64,000 nucleotides of DNA, from positions 1-64,000 of the forward strand of contig WJMJ01000078.1 of assembly GCA_014728035.1 (NCBI GenBank). Reading direction: 5' to 3'. The DNA comes from Promethearchaeota archaeon. GTDB taxonomy: Archaea > Asgardarchaeota > Thorarchaeia > Thorarchaeales > Thorarchaeaceae. Every line of letters begins with the position of its first letter. Position 1 is the first letter of the stretch. The position numbers were made by a program, and so were the translations under genes. The notes beneath the pieces were generated by a model, which was not told where the DNA came from, ran no database searches, and saw only the letters and a program-made list of their open reading frames with translations. Positions 29,697 to 39,569 of this stretch are shown piece after piece.

Positions 29697-30095
29697 TCAA
29701 AGATATAGAATCCTATCTACTGGTGGGATTAACAATTTGAATATCTCAATTGATGGTTCAACATGAAATTCGAGTGTACCCATCCAAATCCCCTCGTTTA
29801 CAAGAACTTCAAGAGTGAAGCCATTTCTATAGAGTTGCAATAAGTAATTTAGATGGTCTATCATGGTAGTAAGAGTTTGTTCTGTATCACCCACCGTTGA
29901 TTGTGTATCTGTAGGAAGTGCGACCTCAACCTCTACAAGAATTGGTGAATTGTCCGCTAAACATCTACTAAGAATAATTCTTACCCAAGATCCCTCATAT
30001 AGAGAGAATGAAATTCTATTTTCCTCACAAAAAGAAAATGAGGAGAAACTGGAACTGAAGTTCCTAAATCTCTCTATCATCTCATTTATTTTCAT
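29697..30095 (-). CDS. Hypothetical protein
   Basis: ORF co-oriented downstream of the ABC permease; ATG at 30095 avoids the overlap. Confidence 0.5.
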   Translation of the reverse strand: MKINEMIERFRNFSSSFSSFSFCEENRISFSLYEGSWVRIILSRCLADNSPILVEVEVALPTDTQSTVGDTEQTLTTMIDHLNYLLQLYRNGFTLEVLVNEGIWMGTLEFHVEPSIEIFKLLIPPVDRILYL

Positions 30096-30109
30096 CTGTT
30101 TAAATCCCT

Positions 30110-30883
30110 TCAGATCTCTTTCTTTCCAAATGACCAAAGCGCAATCATAACAAAAATTCCAATCTGAAGTATTGTCGATAAGAACATAATCTCTATTCCT
30201 AGTGCAGGCGCCCCTAATGCGATAGACGCACCTATAACAGGAAGCTGTAGTGGTACGACGAATAGAATTTGTGGAACAAAGTTCGCCATAATCTGAGTAC
30301 CAAGAGTGATTGCCAATGCAGTCGCCATAACAACACTTCTGTTATCTGTCAGAGTTCCGAGCATGATAACTAAGCTGGTAAAGTAAAGTATCAGTATGAT
30401 CACAAGGCCAATGGCGGAAATAAACGCTATTGTGTCAAAAGGTCCACCTAATGTGGTGAAAAGGATGAAGGAGAGAAATCCTTGAAGTAGAGCAGTTATT
30501 AAGACAAAAATAAGTGAACTTGCTAGAAGTTTACCCATAATATATGCACTTCTAGAAACTGGTTTGGAAAGTATCCATGAAGTGACACCTCTCTCCGCCT
30601 CATCAATAATAGCTCCTTGTAGTATAACTGGCAAGAATAGTGAAACAATGAATGATGTTGTAAAGAAAAACATTGCATAGGCAATCTCGAATCGAGGGCC
30701 AGCCTGAGATATTATTTCTTCAGGTAACATCAAGAGCAGCATTGCGATCCCACTCGTCATTAGAGTCCAAATTGATGTTTGCTGTATCCAGAATTTCCCA
30801 CCTCTCTCAAGAAAGAGGTCTCGATGAATCAGGTTTCCAAGACCGGAATACCATAGTTCGGTATTGGTACGTTCAATTGTCAT
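30110..30883 (-). CDS. ABC-2 type exporter permease
   Basis: Six TM segments; EAERGVTSWILSKPVSR. Confidence 0.88.
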   Translation of the reverse strand: MTIERTNTELWYSGLGNLIHRDLFLERGGKFWIQQTSIWTLMTSGIAMLLLMLPEEIISQAGPRFEIAYAMFFFTTSFIVSLFLPVILQGAIIDEAERGVTSWILSKPVSRSAYIMGKLLASSLIFVLITALLQGFLSFILFTTLGGPFDTIAFISAIGLVIILILYFTSLVIMLGTLTDNRSVVMATALAITLGTQIMANFVPQILFVVPLQLPVIGASIALGAPALGIEIMFLSTILQIGIFVMIALWSFGKKEI

Positions 30884-31862
30884 TTCTTTTTTCCTCCACT
30901 AATCTGAGAAAGACTTCCTCCAATTCGAATTCTTTTACACCGAATTGTATCACAGTTGTTCTCTCATGTTTCAAGAGTGTTCTAAGAAGCTCATCTTCTG
31001 CTCTCTCTTCATCATTGACTGAGATGGTCCATCTAGTTTTTCCATCAACTCGCTCGGTTTGAATCGAAGTGATCCATGATTGAGATTGAAGAAGCTGCAA
31101 GTTGCTGGAAATATCACCTTTTGTAGTAATAGAATATACTATCCCATCCGAATCTGCGAGAAGTGTTTCAATGCTTTCGCATGCAATTAGACTTCCTCTA
31201 TTCAAAATCGCAACCATATCGCTAACTCTTTGTACGTCATCAAGTATATGAGTCGAATAGAATATCGTGGCATGTTCTCTTAAATCACTCATGATTGTCA
31301 GTACATCCTCTCTACCTTGTGGATCAAGCCCAGCAGCTGGTTCATCAAGAATTAGCAAATCGGGATTATTAATTAGAGCTTGAGCAATGCCCAATCGCTG
31401 TAACTCCCCTCCCGAGAAACCTCTTACAGTTCTATCAGCTTTATCAGAAAGACCAGCTAAATCCAACAATTGAGTTACCCGTTCATCAATCGCTCCATTT
31501 TCTTTCTGATAGAAAAACCTAGCTGCAAATCGAAGAATTTCACGTGGCGTCATCCGCTCAGAATACCGTTGATTCTGAGCCATATATCCGATTTTAGCTC
31601 TGATCTGTTTGCTATCAGTCCTCAAATCATGTCCAAGTACAGAGCCAGTCCCCGTTGTAGGTCTTGTAAGACCCAATAGTAACTTGATGGTTGTTGTCTT
31701 TCCAGCACCATTAGGTCCAAGAAATGCAAATATCGATTTCTTTGGAACTCGTAGATTTAGTGATTTCAGAGCAAAGAAATCCCCAAATGCTTTTGAAAGG
31801 TTCACAGTTTCTATGGCTATGTCATCACTGTGTTCCATTTGTTTTTGTTTCGTAATCAACAT
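30873..31862 (-). CDS. ABC transporter ATP-binding protein
   Basis: GPNGAGKTT, FSGGE, LILDEP, STH. Confidence 0.93.
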   Translation of the reverse strand: MLITKQKQMEHSDDIAIETVNLSKAFGDFFALKSLNLRVPKKSIFAFLGPNGAGKTTTIKLLLGLTRPTTGTGSVLGHDLRTDSKQIRAKIGYMAQNQRYSERMTPREILRFAARFFYQKENGAIDERVTQLLDLAGLSDKADRTVRGFSGGELQRLGIAQALINNPDLLILDEPAAGLDPQGREDVLTIMSDLREHATIFYSTHILDDVQRVSDMVAILNRGSLIACESIETLLADSDGIVYSITTKGDISSNLQLLQSQSWITSIQTERVDGKTRWTISVNDEERAEDELLRTLLKHERTTVIQFGVKEFELEEVFLRLVEEKRNDN

Positions 31863-31990
31863 TACTCACTGAGAACATATTCTGCACCAAGGGAATATCT
31901 ATGTGTGTTAACGAAAACTGTTACAAAAATACACAAAATGCAACTCTAGGTGTTATTATGTGAACTTACAGGTTAGTAAAATGTAATTCA

Positions 31991-32914
31991 TTAAACATCA
32001 GAATTGGCTACTAATTGTTCTAATCTGAGGCGTCTGAGACTTTTGAAGTTTCTAGCTGGTTGATAGATATAGGCAATAGCATTTTTGATGAAGGATTGTC
32101 GTTCAATCTCTTGGATGACGCTTTCAACTTCAGAAATAGTATCTACAATCGCACTACCGATAAACATCGGACGTGTTGCAGCCATCATACCAACCCAGAG
32201 TTCTTCTTGATATTCTCTAATCAACCAATCCAAAAAATCCTGGCGTGAAATTTCCTTTTCGCTCCACTCAATTCGCGGATGGAAAGCCACTCTATCACCA
32301 GCACTTAGACGCCATCGAAGCGAGAATCTAATCCCTCCACCTTCTTTCAGTTCATTTAATGTCCGCCTAACAATTCTTACTGTGATACCAGTAAGACGTG
32401 CAATGTCCTTTATTTGCATTCTAGCATCAGAAAGAAGTGCTTTTAACACTCTAATCTGCAATCTAGTCAAGTCAACTTTTGTTCCAGAGGGTGTTGCTAT
32501 TGCATGAATTTCTACATTTGATACAGACTCTCTATTGCGCAGGAAATCGGAGAGATCGGTTAGCGCCATAGAGTTTTCATATTCTCCAAATAATAGATAT
32601 CCTCCACCAAAAACGGGTGCAACTTGAGAAATAGCTTGATGATGCCCTATCTCAGTAATGAAATTTGACTTCGATTCTGTCCCATCGGTGGTCAACCAAA
32701 TGAAGGCCATCTCCGAACCAATCATGGCGGGATTAAATTCTACTATGAAATCGGAAATAATTTCCCTTTCAATTAGATGGTCTATTCTCTTTTTGACCGC
32801 ATTTGCAGATATTTCGAGTTTCTTTGCAATTTCTCTGTACGGTGTTCTGCAATCGTGGGCAAGGATTGTTAATATTTCCTTATCCATTTTATCTGGCAAT
32901 GTCAAGTCAATCAA
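31991..32914 (-). CDS. Tandem (double) Lrp/AsnC-type regulator
   Basis: Two HTH units: DCRTPYREIA and DARMQIKDIA. Confidence 0.82.
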   Translation of the reverse strand: MIDLTLPDKMDKEILTILAHDCRTPYREIAKKLEISANAVKKRIDHLIEREIISDFIVEFNPAMIGSEMAFIWLTTDGTESKSNFITEIGHHQAISQVAPVFGGGYLLFGEYENSMALTDLSDFLRNRESVSNVEIHAIATPSGTKVDLTRLQIRVLKALLSDARMQIKDIARLTGITVRIVRRTLNELKEGGGIRFSLRWRLSAGDRVAFHPRIEWSEKEISRQDFLDWLIREYQEELWVGMMAATRPMFIGSAIVDTISEVESVIQEIERQSFIKNAIAYIYQPARNFKSLRRLRLEQLVANSDV

Positions 32915-33334
32915 ATGTCTTGTTCTTGGATTATTGAAAAATTATTGGTTAGGTAGATGTGTATTGATTATATTAACTCCCAAACCTAATTATCAGTCCA
33001 TATTGATTATCATAGGTATCCTATTAAACACATATTCTTTTTTAAGAAATTCTGATAGAAAAATGGTGTTTTTTCTGGATAGATTAGCTCTCTTTTGGCA
33101 ACGGAATTTTCGACCTGGGGAAGGAACAAGTATTCAGTGAACAATAATGACTAAGACAAATGAATTCCCACCCCGCGGATCTGACGGCCCCTGGTAAGCA
33201 CCAACCTCAGATTCCGAACCCATGAGATGCTCACATCGGGCATCTCATACTAATTCATTTCGAAGCATTGGGAAATATTGCAATTCAGTCACTCAAAGTA
33301 TGAGTGTAGATAAATAGGTGTTGAAAATATTCAG

Positions 33335-33991
33335 TCATATAGAAAATGTATCTCCGACTTCCATTTCAACCAATTCAATGTCGTGAATCTCATCAAGCAT
33401 TTGTCTGAGTTCTGAGATTCCTATCCCGCGAATGTGCATCGGAATTACAAATCGGGGTTTAATGATTTTAGCCGCTTCAGCCGCCTCGACATTATCCATG
33501 GTGTATGTATCCCCACAAGGCAACATTGCTACATCAACTGGACCAATTTGTTCCATTTCTGAGATTAGACCAGTATCTCCAGCATGATAGATAGTTTTAC
33601 CATCAATCTGTATAACAAATCCACAGCCATAGTCTTTGGGGTGAAAAGGTTCACCAGGTGACCTAAAACGTTCAGTGTTGTATGCGTGAACAGATTTGAT
33701 TTTTACATCTCTAACATTACATTCCTCATCAGGTGAAATCATATGGATTTCATGGTCAAATGACTTTGCACAGCCTTTTGTTCCAATTACAATGGTGTCT
33801 TCTGTTTTTACCAAATTGAAAGATTCGGGATGGCAGTGGTCTCGGTGTCCATGTGAAATGAGATAGATAGATGCAGGTCCATTGACCGAGTTCTTATGCT
33901 CATCAGAAACATATAGGTCTATGAAGATCTTTTCTACTTCATTTTCAATCATGAATCCCGCATGTCCTAGCCATTGGATATTTACGGTCAT
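33335..33991 (-). CDS. Metallo-beta-lactamase-fold hydrolase
   Basis: WLGHAGF, SHGHRDH, YHAGDT, IPMH. Confidence 0.88.
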   Translation of the reverse strand: MTVNIQWLGHAGFMIENEVEKIFIDLYVSDEHKNSVNGPASIYLISHGHRDHCHPESFNLVKTEDTIVIGTKGCAKSFDHEIHMISPDEECNVRDVKIKSVHAYNTERFRSPGEPFHPKDYGCGFVIQIDGKTIYHAGDTGLISEMEQIGPVDVAMLPCGDTYTMDNVEAAEAAKIIKPRFVIPMHIRGIGISELRQMLDEIHDIELVEMEVGDTFSI

Positions 33992-34129
33992 AGTAACACA
34001 TACTATCAACTGTCTAACTTGCATATTTGTGTACCTGAAAAATAAGAAAATGTGCAACGAGTTGTCCAATCTTTCTCCTATTGTGTCTTATTGAAACGTG
34101 AAGAACAACCAATGCAAAGAACAGGAAGT

Positions 34130-35371
34130 CTAATACATTCTCTTCTTATCGGGATCAATTGAGGCAGCCTTCTTTGCCAAACGTACAAATGCCTTTGCCA
34201 TTGAAGAGGTGCTTACACCAGCTCCTGCAAGAAGTTGAAGTTTCTTTTTCGTTATCATAGGGATTTTACCTCTATTAGATGAAACATACCCTCTTGGACT
34301 CTCTAGAAATTCCATATGATCTGGTGGTGGTATTATTCCTGCAGCAAGTATAGGAAAACTAGCAATCATCTTTGCAAACATTTCTGCACATAAATCAAGC
34401 AACATATCAGGGTCGGGAAGGTCTTGTTTTCCGTACTTTTCGTTTGCAGCACGCCGAATACTTGCATCGAACATTCGTTCCAACTTATTTGCTCTTTCTG
34501 CTGTGAGACTCGATCCTCTACGGAATACTTCGTAAAGAATTGATTCACCCGCCATTCCCACTCCACTATCATCTGTTGAAGTTGTACGTACGTATCTTGA
34601 AGCGTGTCCTGCTTTGCGTTCTCTCTCAAGAACCTCGAGACGTTCATCAATTGTCTTCTGACCCATTTTGACAATTTCTTTATAGTTCGGTTTCATGATA
34701 TGAGTGTACATTATATCCCAATACAGGTCAGTTCCAGTACTCAGTGGATATACCTCAAATAGTTCAGAGGCAATTTTATTCATCGCCCAAATATCAATTC
34801 TATTTCGTTTTCTTCTATACATCATGTTCAATCCATGAAGGAGAATTGCCGTAATTACTCGAACATCAACCTGATCTGGGTCTGTGGATATCATCTCCCC
34901 AACCTGTTCAGCTGTTGAAACGTAATGTTTGTAGAGTACCATCGATTGGACAGTTACGTCCGGTGTCTTCGCACTTTTCTCGTCAATAATCATAACAAAG
35001 GTCTCAAAACTAGCTGTAATTGATTGTACATAGATACGGACAATAAGATCCAAGATTTCAAGTAGTTTGTATTCCTGATTCTTTTCAAGATTTCGAGAAA
35101 TTAATGAAACATCTGTCACAAACTCTGCAAAATCGTAATCCTCAGGAAGAAGTCCATTTACAATTATATAGTGATAGGCAGCTCCCAAATACAAGGCATC
35201 ATCGTCAGGTAGATTGGGAAAGAGACTGGCAATCAGCTCATTTTCTCTCTTAACAAACCGTCCAACAATCATCTCGTTTGTGGATTTGACTCGTTCAATA
35301 TGCTGAGCTGGATGCTCAAATTTACTCTTTAGCTCACTTAGCATACCCATATCTTGATTATCAACTGTCAT
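34130..35371 (-). CDS. Hypothetical all-alpha protein
   Basis: 413-aa ORF with AAGGAGG SD, 16 nt after the upstream gene. Confidence 0.65.
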   Translation of the reverse strand: MTVDNQDMGMLSELKSKFEHPAQHIERVKSTNEMIVGRFVKRENELIASLFPNLPDDDALYLGAAYHYIIVNGLLPEDYDFAEFVTDVSLISRNLEKNQEYKLLEILDLIVRIYVQSITASFETFVMIIDEKSAKTPDVTVQSMVLYKHYVSTAEQVGEMISTDPDQVDVRVITAILLHGLNMMYRRKRNRIDIWAMNKIASELFEVYPLSTGTDLYWDIMYTHIMKPNYKEIVKMGQKTIDERLEVLERERKAGHASRYVRTTSTDDSGVGMAGESILYEVFRRGSSLTAERANKLERMFDASIRRAANEKYGKQDLPDPDMLLDLCAEMFAKMIASFPILAAGIIPPPDHMEFLESPRGYVSSNRGKIPMITKKKLQLLAGAGVSTSSMAKAFVRLAKKAASIDPDKKRMY

Positions 35372-35387
35372 TCATTTTCCTCCTTTT

Positions 35388-36761
35388 CTAATCTCCACGT
35401 GATAGAAATCGTGATAGGAAGCCACGTTTTCTTGGTTCATCCTCATCGGATTCATCTTCTTCTTCAGTCTTGTTTGCTTCTGGTAATCCCTCGCACATAG
35501 AAGCAATCTCTTCCTTGGACAGATTAAAGATACTCTGAAAAGCCTGATACTCTGGATTATCCGATAGGTCTCCGAAAGATATCCAGTCGCTACGAAGCCA
35601 GTCTTTTACTATAGTTCGAGGAAGAATATCTTCAAAGGATTGGTTCTTTTCCATACCTTCAGTTAAGTCCCGCAAGAGAGTTCTTCCTTCCATATGAGGT
35701 ATCGCTTCGCTAAGAATTCCCAGAGAGTCAGCCATTGATGTTGCCATGTAAATCTTATTTCCATCACGTCTCCAGATGGATTGTGTATCAAATACTTCAT
35801 CACCATTTCTATACTCATAGACTGCTCTTTGTGGGATGTAAATGATATTTGAGAAAATCTCTTGATTTACCTGACTCACTGATACAAGAACCGTGTCAGG
35901 TAACAGACCGAGCTGAACAATTGACACCACATCTATTGGTCTTTGATAATCAGGATGTATGTTAAGTAACATTCCCTTGGGTACAACAAAAGCTGCTTTT
36001 TTGATGGTTGTCTGAGGTGGTACGAAATCAACCTCTGAACCACAATGAGGACATTTTGATTCGACCATCTGGTTCAATGCTAGTTCTTTTTTGCATCCAT
36101 CCATACTACATTGATAGTATGCTTCCACAATTTCAAGTTCAGTAAGAAGCACTGCGTTGATACTTGTTGGTTTTCGAATCGATTCCACACCACCCCTAAG
36201 CTCTCTTCTCTCGAAAATCAAATGATGTTGGAGTGCCAACATGTGTTGTGCAACCTGATCAACATCCTCATAGTCAGCAGACACATCAATTAACTCGGAA
36301 GACCGCATTGCTTGAGCTCGTCTATACGAACCCGAATAATATTTGCAAGTCAAATCAATATAGTTTGTGTAGTCTGTAAGATTCACATCTGCATAAGGTG
36401 TGATGAGTAATCCAAGATAGTAGACATTGCCAGCATGTGACTTAACTTGATAGATATAACTACCAAGCTCGCCCGAAACCGGATTGACAAGCTCAGAACC
36501 ATACTTGATAGTGTGTAGGACATATTGCCTCATCTGAAATAAGTCAATTATATTGAGTTGTCCGAAGCCCACTTCTGCTAATGTGCGGGATCGCTCATCC
36601 TCAATTATCCCTTCCCCTCCTAGAATATTTGCAGAGTTGATCATTCCACCTGTTTCGGACATCGCACTGATTACTGCAATTGTCATAGAATTTTTCTCAA
36701 TGCGTTCTGCTATCGGTTCATGCTTTTCTTTGAATCTATCAAAAACTGGCGGTCTATCCAC
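35388..36761 (-). CDS. Hypothetical protein with central zinc ribbon (CSMDGC...CPHC)
   Basis: 457-aa ORF; acidic tail, then KRGFLSRFLS amphipathic end. Confidence 0.65.
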   Translation of the reverse strand: MDRPPVFDRFKEKHEPIAERIEKNSMTIAVISAMSETGGMINSANILGGEGIIEDERSRTLAEVGFGQLNIIDLFQMRQYVLHTIKYGSELVNPVSGELGSYIYQVKSHAGNVYYLGLLITPYADVNLTDYTNYIDLTCKYYSGSYRRAQAMRSSELIDVSADYEDVDQVAQHMLALQHHLIFERRELRGGVESIRKPTSINAVLLTELEIVEAYYQCSMDGCKKELALNQMVESKCPHCGSEVDFVPPQTTIKKAAFVVPKGMLLNIHPDYQRPIDVVSIVQLGLLPDTVLVSVSQVNQEIFSNIIYIPQRAVYEYRNGDEVFDTQSIWRRDGNKIYMATSMADSLGILSEAIPHMEGRTLLRDLTEGMEKNQSFEDILPRTIVKDWLRSDWISFGDLSDNPEYQAFQSIFNLSKEEIASMCEGLPEANKTEEEDESDEDEPRKRGFLSRFLSRGD

Positions 36762-36953
36762 TTGTGCTTCACTTCCCTGAGAGTTCTCTTATTTTCTAAA
36801 TGGAATTGATAATTGAAGCTTCTTGGGATAGAGTGGTATGCGGTATGATCTGATATCCATTGTTTGCTTAGTAAAATGTTGTTAAATATTGAAACTTACA
36901 TAGATGCCCAGTTGTTTGGTTTGATTGAATCAAAGTATTAAGGAGGAATTGAC

Positions 36954-37904
36954 ATAACTGAATATGAAATTAGAACTGATACTGAAGGAATTCCCAATTC
37001 GGATTATCAGTTTAGAACATTTGCTATCGAACATCTAGCTGAAATGACTGCTTTTATCGAGAAGCTGAATGGTGACGGACTACTTAGTAAAAATGAACGA
37101 TTTCAAAAATACATAGAAGATACTTTAACTGGTCCACCAGAGGATTTCCCCGAGGCAAGGTCTGTAATAATCCTTGCAGTATTTACTCCTCTTGCAAAAG
37201 CTACTTTCCAATATGAAGGCAAGGAACTTGAAATTATGGTTCCTCCTCAATACTATCGAACAGGAAGAAAGATGGAGCAACTTGAATATACTGTGCAACA
37301 CGATATTATTGGTAATCCCACGAGCAAGATAAAATTTGAGTATAATGTATTACTGAAACATCTTGCAGTACGAAGTGGTCTGGCAAAATATGGCCGTAAT
37401 AATATTACGTACGTTAGAGATATGGGCTCTTTTTTTACGTTGTATGTCTTCCTGACAGACTATAGTTTTGAAGAAGACAACTGGGGCGATCTTGAGATGC
37501 TCGGAGAGTGTGAAAAATGTCGTTGGTGTGTTAGAAGTTGTCCTACTGGTGCCATCAGAGAAGAACTCTTTGTTTTGAATGCTGGAAAGTGTATAAGTCT
37601 GTACAACGAAGTTTCTGGCGAATTTCCGGAATGGATTTCTAGTTCTTATCATAACTCATTGATGGGTTGCATGAGATGTCAAATAAAGTGTCCTGCAAAT
37701 AAACAGGGGCTGAAAAAGCACATCCAACTTGATACTATTACTGAAGAAGAAACACGTGCAATAGTGAATGAAGAATATACTGAGAGTCTTATGAAATCGG
37801 TTTCAACCAAATTACGAGGTCATCAACCTACTACAAATGAAGAGCTTTATTCCGTATTTAGCAGAAATCTTCGAGCGGTATTAGAAGCAAATTCGTACGA
37901 TTAG
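36954..37904 (+). CDS. QueG/epoxyqueuosine-reductase-like 2x[4Fe-4S] protein; probable ATA start
   Basis: LAVRSGLAKYGRNNI, CEKCRWCVRSCPTGAI, CIS, GCMRCQIKCP; frame open back to TAA at 36939; AAGGAGG 7 nt before ATA at 36954 (first ATG at 37044). Confidence 0.78.
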   Translation: MTEYEIRTDTEGIPNSDYQFRTFAIEHLAEMTAFIEKLNGDGLLSKNERFQKYIEDTLTGPPEDFPEARSVIILAVFTPLAKATFQYEGKELEIMVPPQYYRTGRKMEQLEYTVQHDIIGNPTSKIKFEYNVLLKHLAVRSGLAKYGRNNITYVRDMGSFFTLYVFLTDYSFEEDNWGDLEMLGECEKCRWCVRSCPTGAIREELFVLNAGKCISLYNEVSGEFPEWISSSYHNSLMGCMRCQIKCPANKQGLKKHIQLDTITEEETRAIVNEEYTESLMKSVSTKLRGHQPTTNEELYSVFSRNLRAVLEANSYD

Positions 37905-37934
37905 CAAATAAAAGGGAAAAATCCATCGAAAAAT

Positions 37935-38777
37935 GTGTGTTTGAAAATGGATAGAGACAAAATTGGTAGCATCTTGTATATTTTGATGTACATCATTGCT
38001 CTTGGATTTCTCACAATCGAAGTATTTCGTCTATATGGCGTGATTGATCAAACCTTTGTAGAAACTATGATGGCAAATCTTGCAGCTAATGATATCATAT
38101 CGTTTGTAGCTATTATAGTAGTACCAATTGTCTTCTTCCTATGGTTCTTTCGTTTCGCCTATAGTGTAGCTCCTCCGGAAGCAAAAAGACAATTATTCTT
38201 TTGCTTCATTCCCCTCGTTATTTTTCTCCTTGTAGGATTTTTTGCAATTCTTGCTATAATGTATATGGCCGTGACATTTATTGGAATATATCTAACTGGA
38301 GTGGGAACTGGCATAAGTGGCTATGAGGATGGTAAGCAGACAACAGGAATCACTTCTATAATTGTTCCAGTTATTGCTATTGTAGGAATAATTCTTGAAA
38401 TGGTAAATCAAGGTTGGTTTGATATCATTATACCTGTTCTAAGTCAATCACTTACTCTACCATGGCCATCTCAAGCTTCATCACCATCTCCCTCGGGATA
38501 TGGAATTGGATATTATATCTCGATGATTTCAATACTGTACAGTATTGTAAAAACAACACGCACCTCTTGGGCTCTTCGAACAGACCTTGTAGGCTCAGAT
38601 TTTACTGATGGGAATGCTGGGACATTATCCATGCTTCTAAATCCGTTATTCATGATATTTTGGGTCCTTACGGTGGTATTTTTGTTTCCATTGTTACCAT
38701 TCATCTACCTGTATTGGGGACTAATGATTCTCTATGTGTTAGCATGGATAACTGGAAAAGCAGGTCTCGTAAGCTGA
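37935..38777 (+). CDS. Polytopic membrane protein
   Basis: About 7 hydrophobic segments. Confidence 0.65.
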   Translation: MCLKMDRDKIGSILYILMYIIALGFLTIEVFRLYGVIDQTFVETMMANLAANDIISFVAIIVVPIVFFLWFFRFAYSVAPPEAKRQLFFCFIPLVIFLLVGFFAILAIMYMAVTFIGIYLTGVGTGISGYEDGKQTTGITSIIVPVIAIVGIILEMVNQGWFDIIIPVLSQSLTLPWPSQASSPSPSGYGIGYYISMISILYSIVKTTRTSWALRTDLVGSDFTDGNAGTLSMLLNPLFMIFWVLTVVFLFPLLPFIYLYWGLMILYVLAWITGKAGLVS

Positions 38778-38841
38778 TTATATCTGGATTGACTTGTGCT
38801 CAGATATGGTCACTTTTATCTAGTGAGTATAGTAATCATGG

Positions 38842-39564
38842 TTGAGAATGATGAGAAGATTTGCATCAGTGCTGTTGGTTGTTTCAATAATGGTTCTACT
38901 TGCCGGACCGATTAGAGCACAAGATAGTACGTATCCCACAGTAACCATCAATTTCCGAGAACTACGGATGGTTCCGGAGGACTTCTCATCGCTATCTCAG
39001 ACGGCCCCTCCATTCTCAAATAATGCCACTTTGAAAACTCTACTATCAAATAATGATACTCTTTTCTGGGAGCCTATTGGCAGTCGAAATGCAACATATC
39101 AAATTGATTCAGAGAGTAGCACTTTTGCAATTGTTCAGGTCAATTCCACTGGATTTTATCAGAAACTTGTAGGCCTATCACCCGATAATCAATCAATACA
39201 GTGGATTGCACCTCTAAGTGAAGCAATATCTAACAATTTTACGAATGTAGTAGTAGAAGCAATTGATTTCTTTGCTGATGAAGGGAGATATTGGGGACTT
39301 TGTGAAGAGATTGTCGTACTTCCTGGAGGTCTAGTAAATCAAGAAGATAACTTCGTATGGAGGTTAACATTTCATCTAATAGCTGAAGCTCAGAGGTGGA
39401 CTCTGCTTCTCAATAGTTCGGGTACTCTATTAAGCTATCAAGCAACAACAATTCCGTGTATAAGCTGTTGCAATACAATCCCTGTGATAGTCTTTGGAGG
39501 GGTTATCTTGGCTATTGCTATTCTGGGGATTTATGCTCTGAAAAATGGTGCTCCTTGGAAATGA
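38842..39564 (+). CDS. Secreted protein with C-terminal membrane anchor
   Basis: Signal peptide, several NxS/T sequons, CISCC, then a TM helix. Confidence 0.65.
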   Translation: MRMMRRFASVLLVVSIMVLLAGPIRAQDSTYPTVTINFRELRMVPEDFSSLSQTAPPFSNNATLKTLLSNNDTLFWEPIGSRNATYQIDSESSTFAIVQVNSTGFYQKLVGLSPDNQSIQWIAPLSEAISNNFTNVVVEAIDFFADEGRYWGLCEEIVVLPGGLVNQEDNFVWRLTFHLIAEAQRWTLLLNSSGTLLSYQATTIPCISCCNTIPVIVFGGVILAIAILGIYALKNGAPWK

Positions 39565-39569
39565 TAAAA

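Noticed and set aside
32658-33140. 160-aa plus-strand ORF
   Set aside because: Half is antisense to the Lrp gene; the rest is low-complexity AT-rich promoter DNA
33176-33216. Possible eukaryote-like SECIS (TGA...AA...GA) or tRNA fragment
   Set aside because: The TGA pairs canonically with TCA, there is no kink-turn core or cloverleaf, and no in-frame TGA selenoprotein candidate was seen nearby
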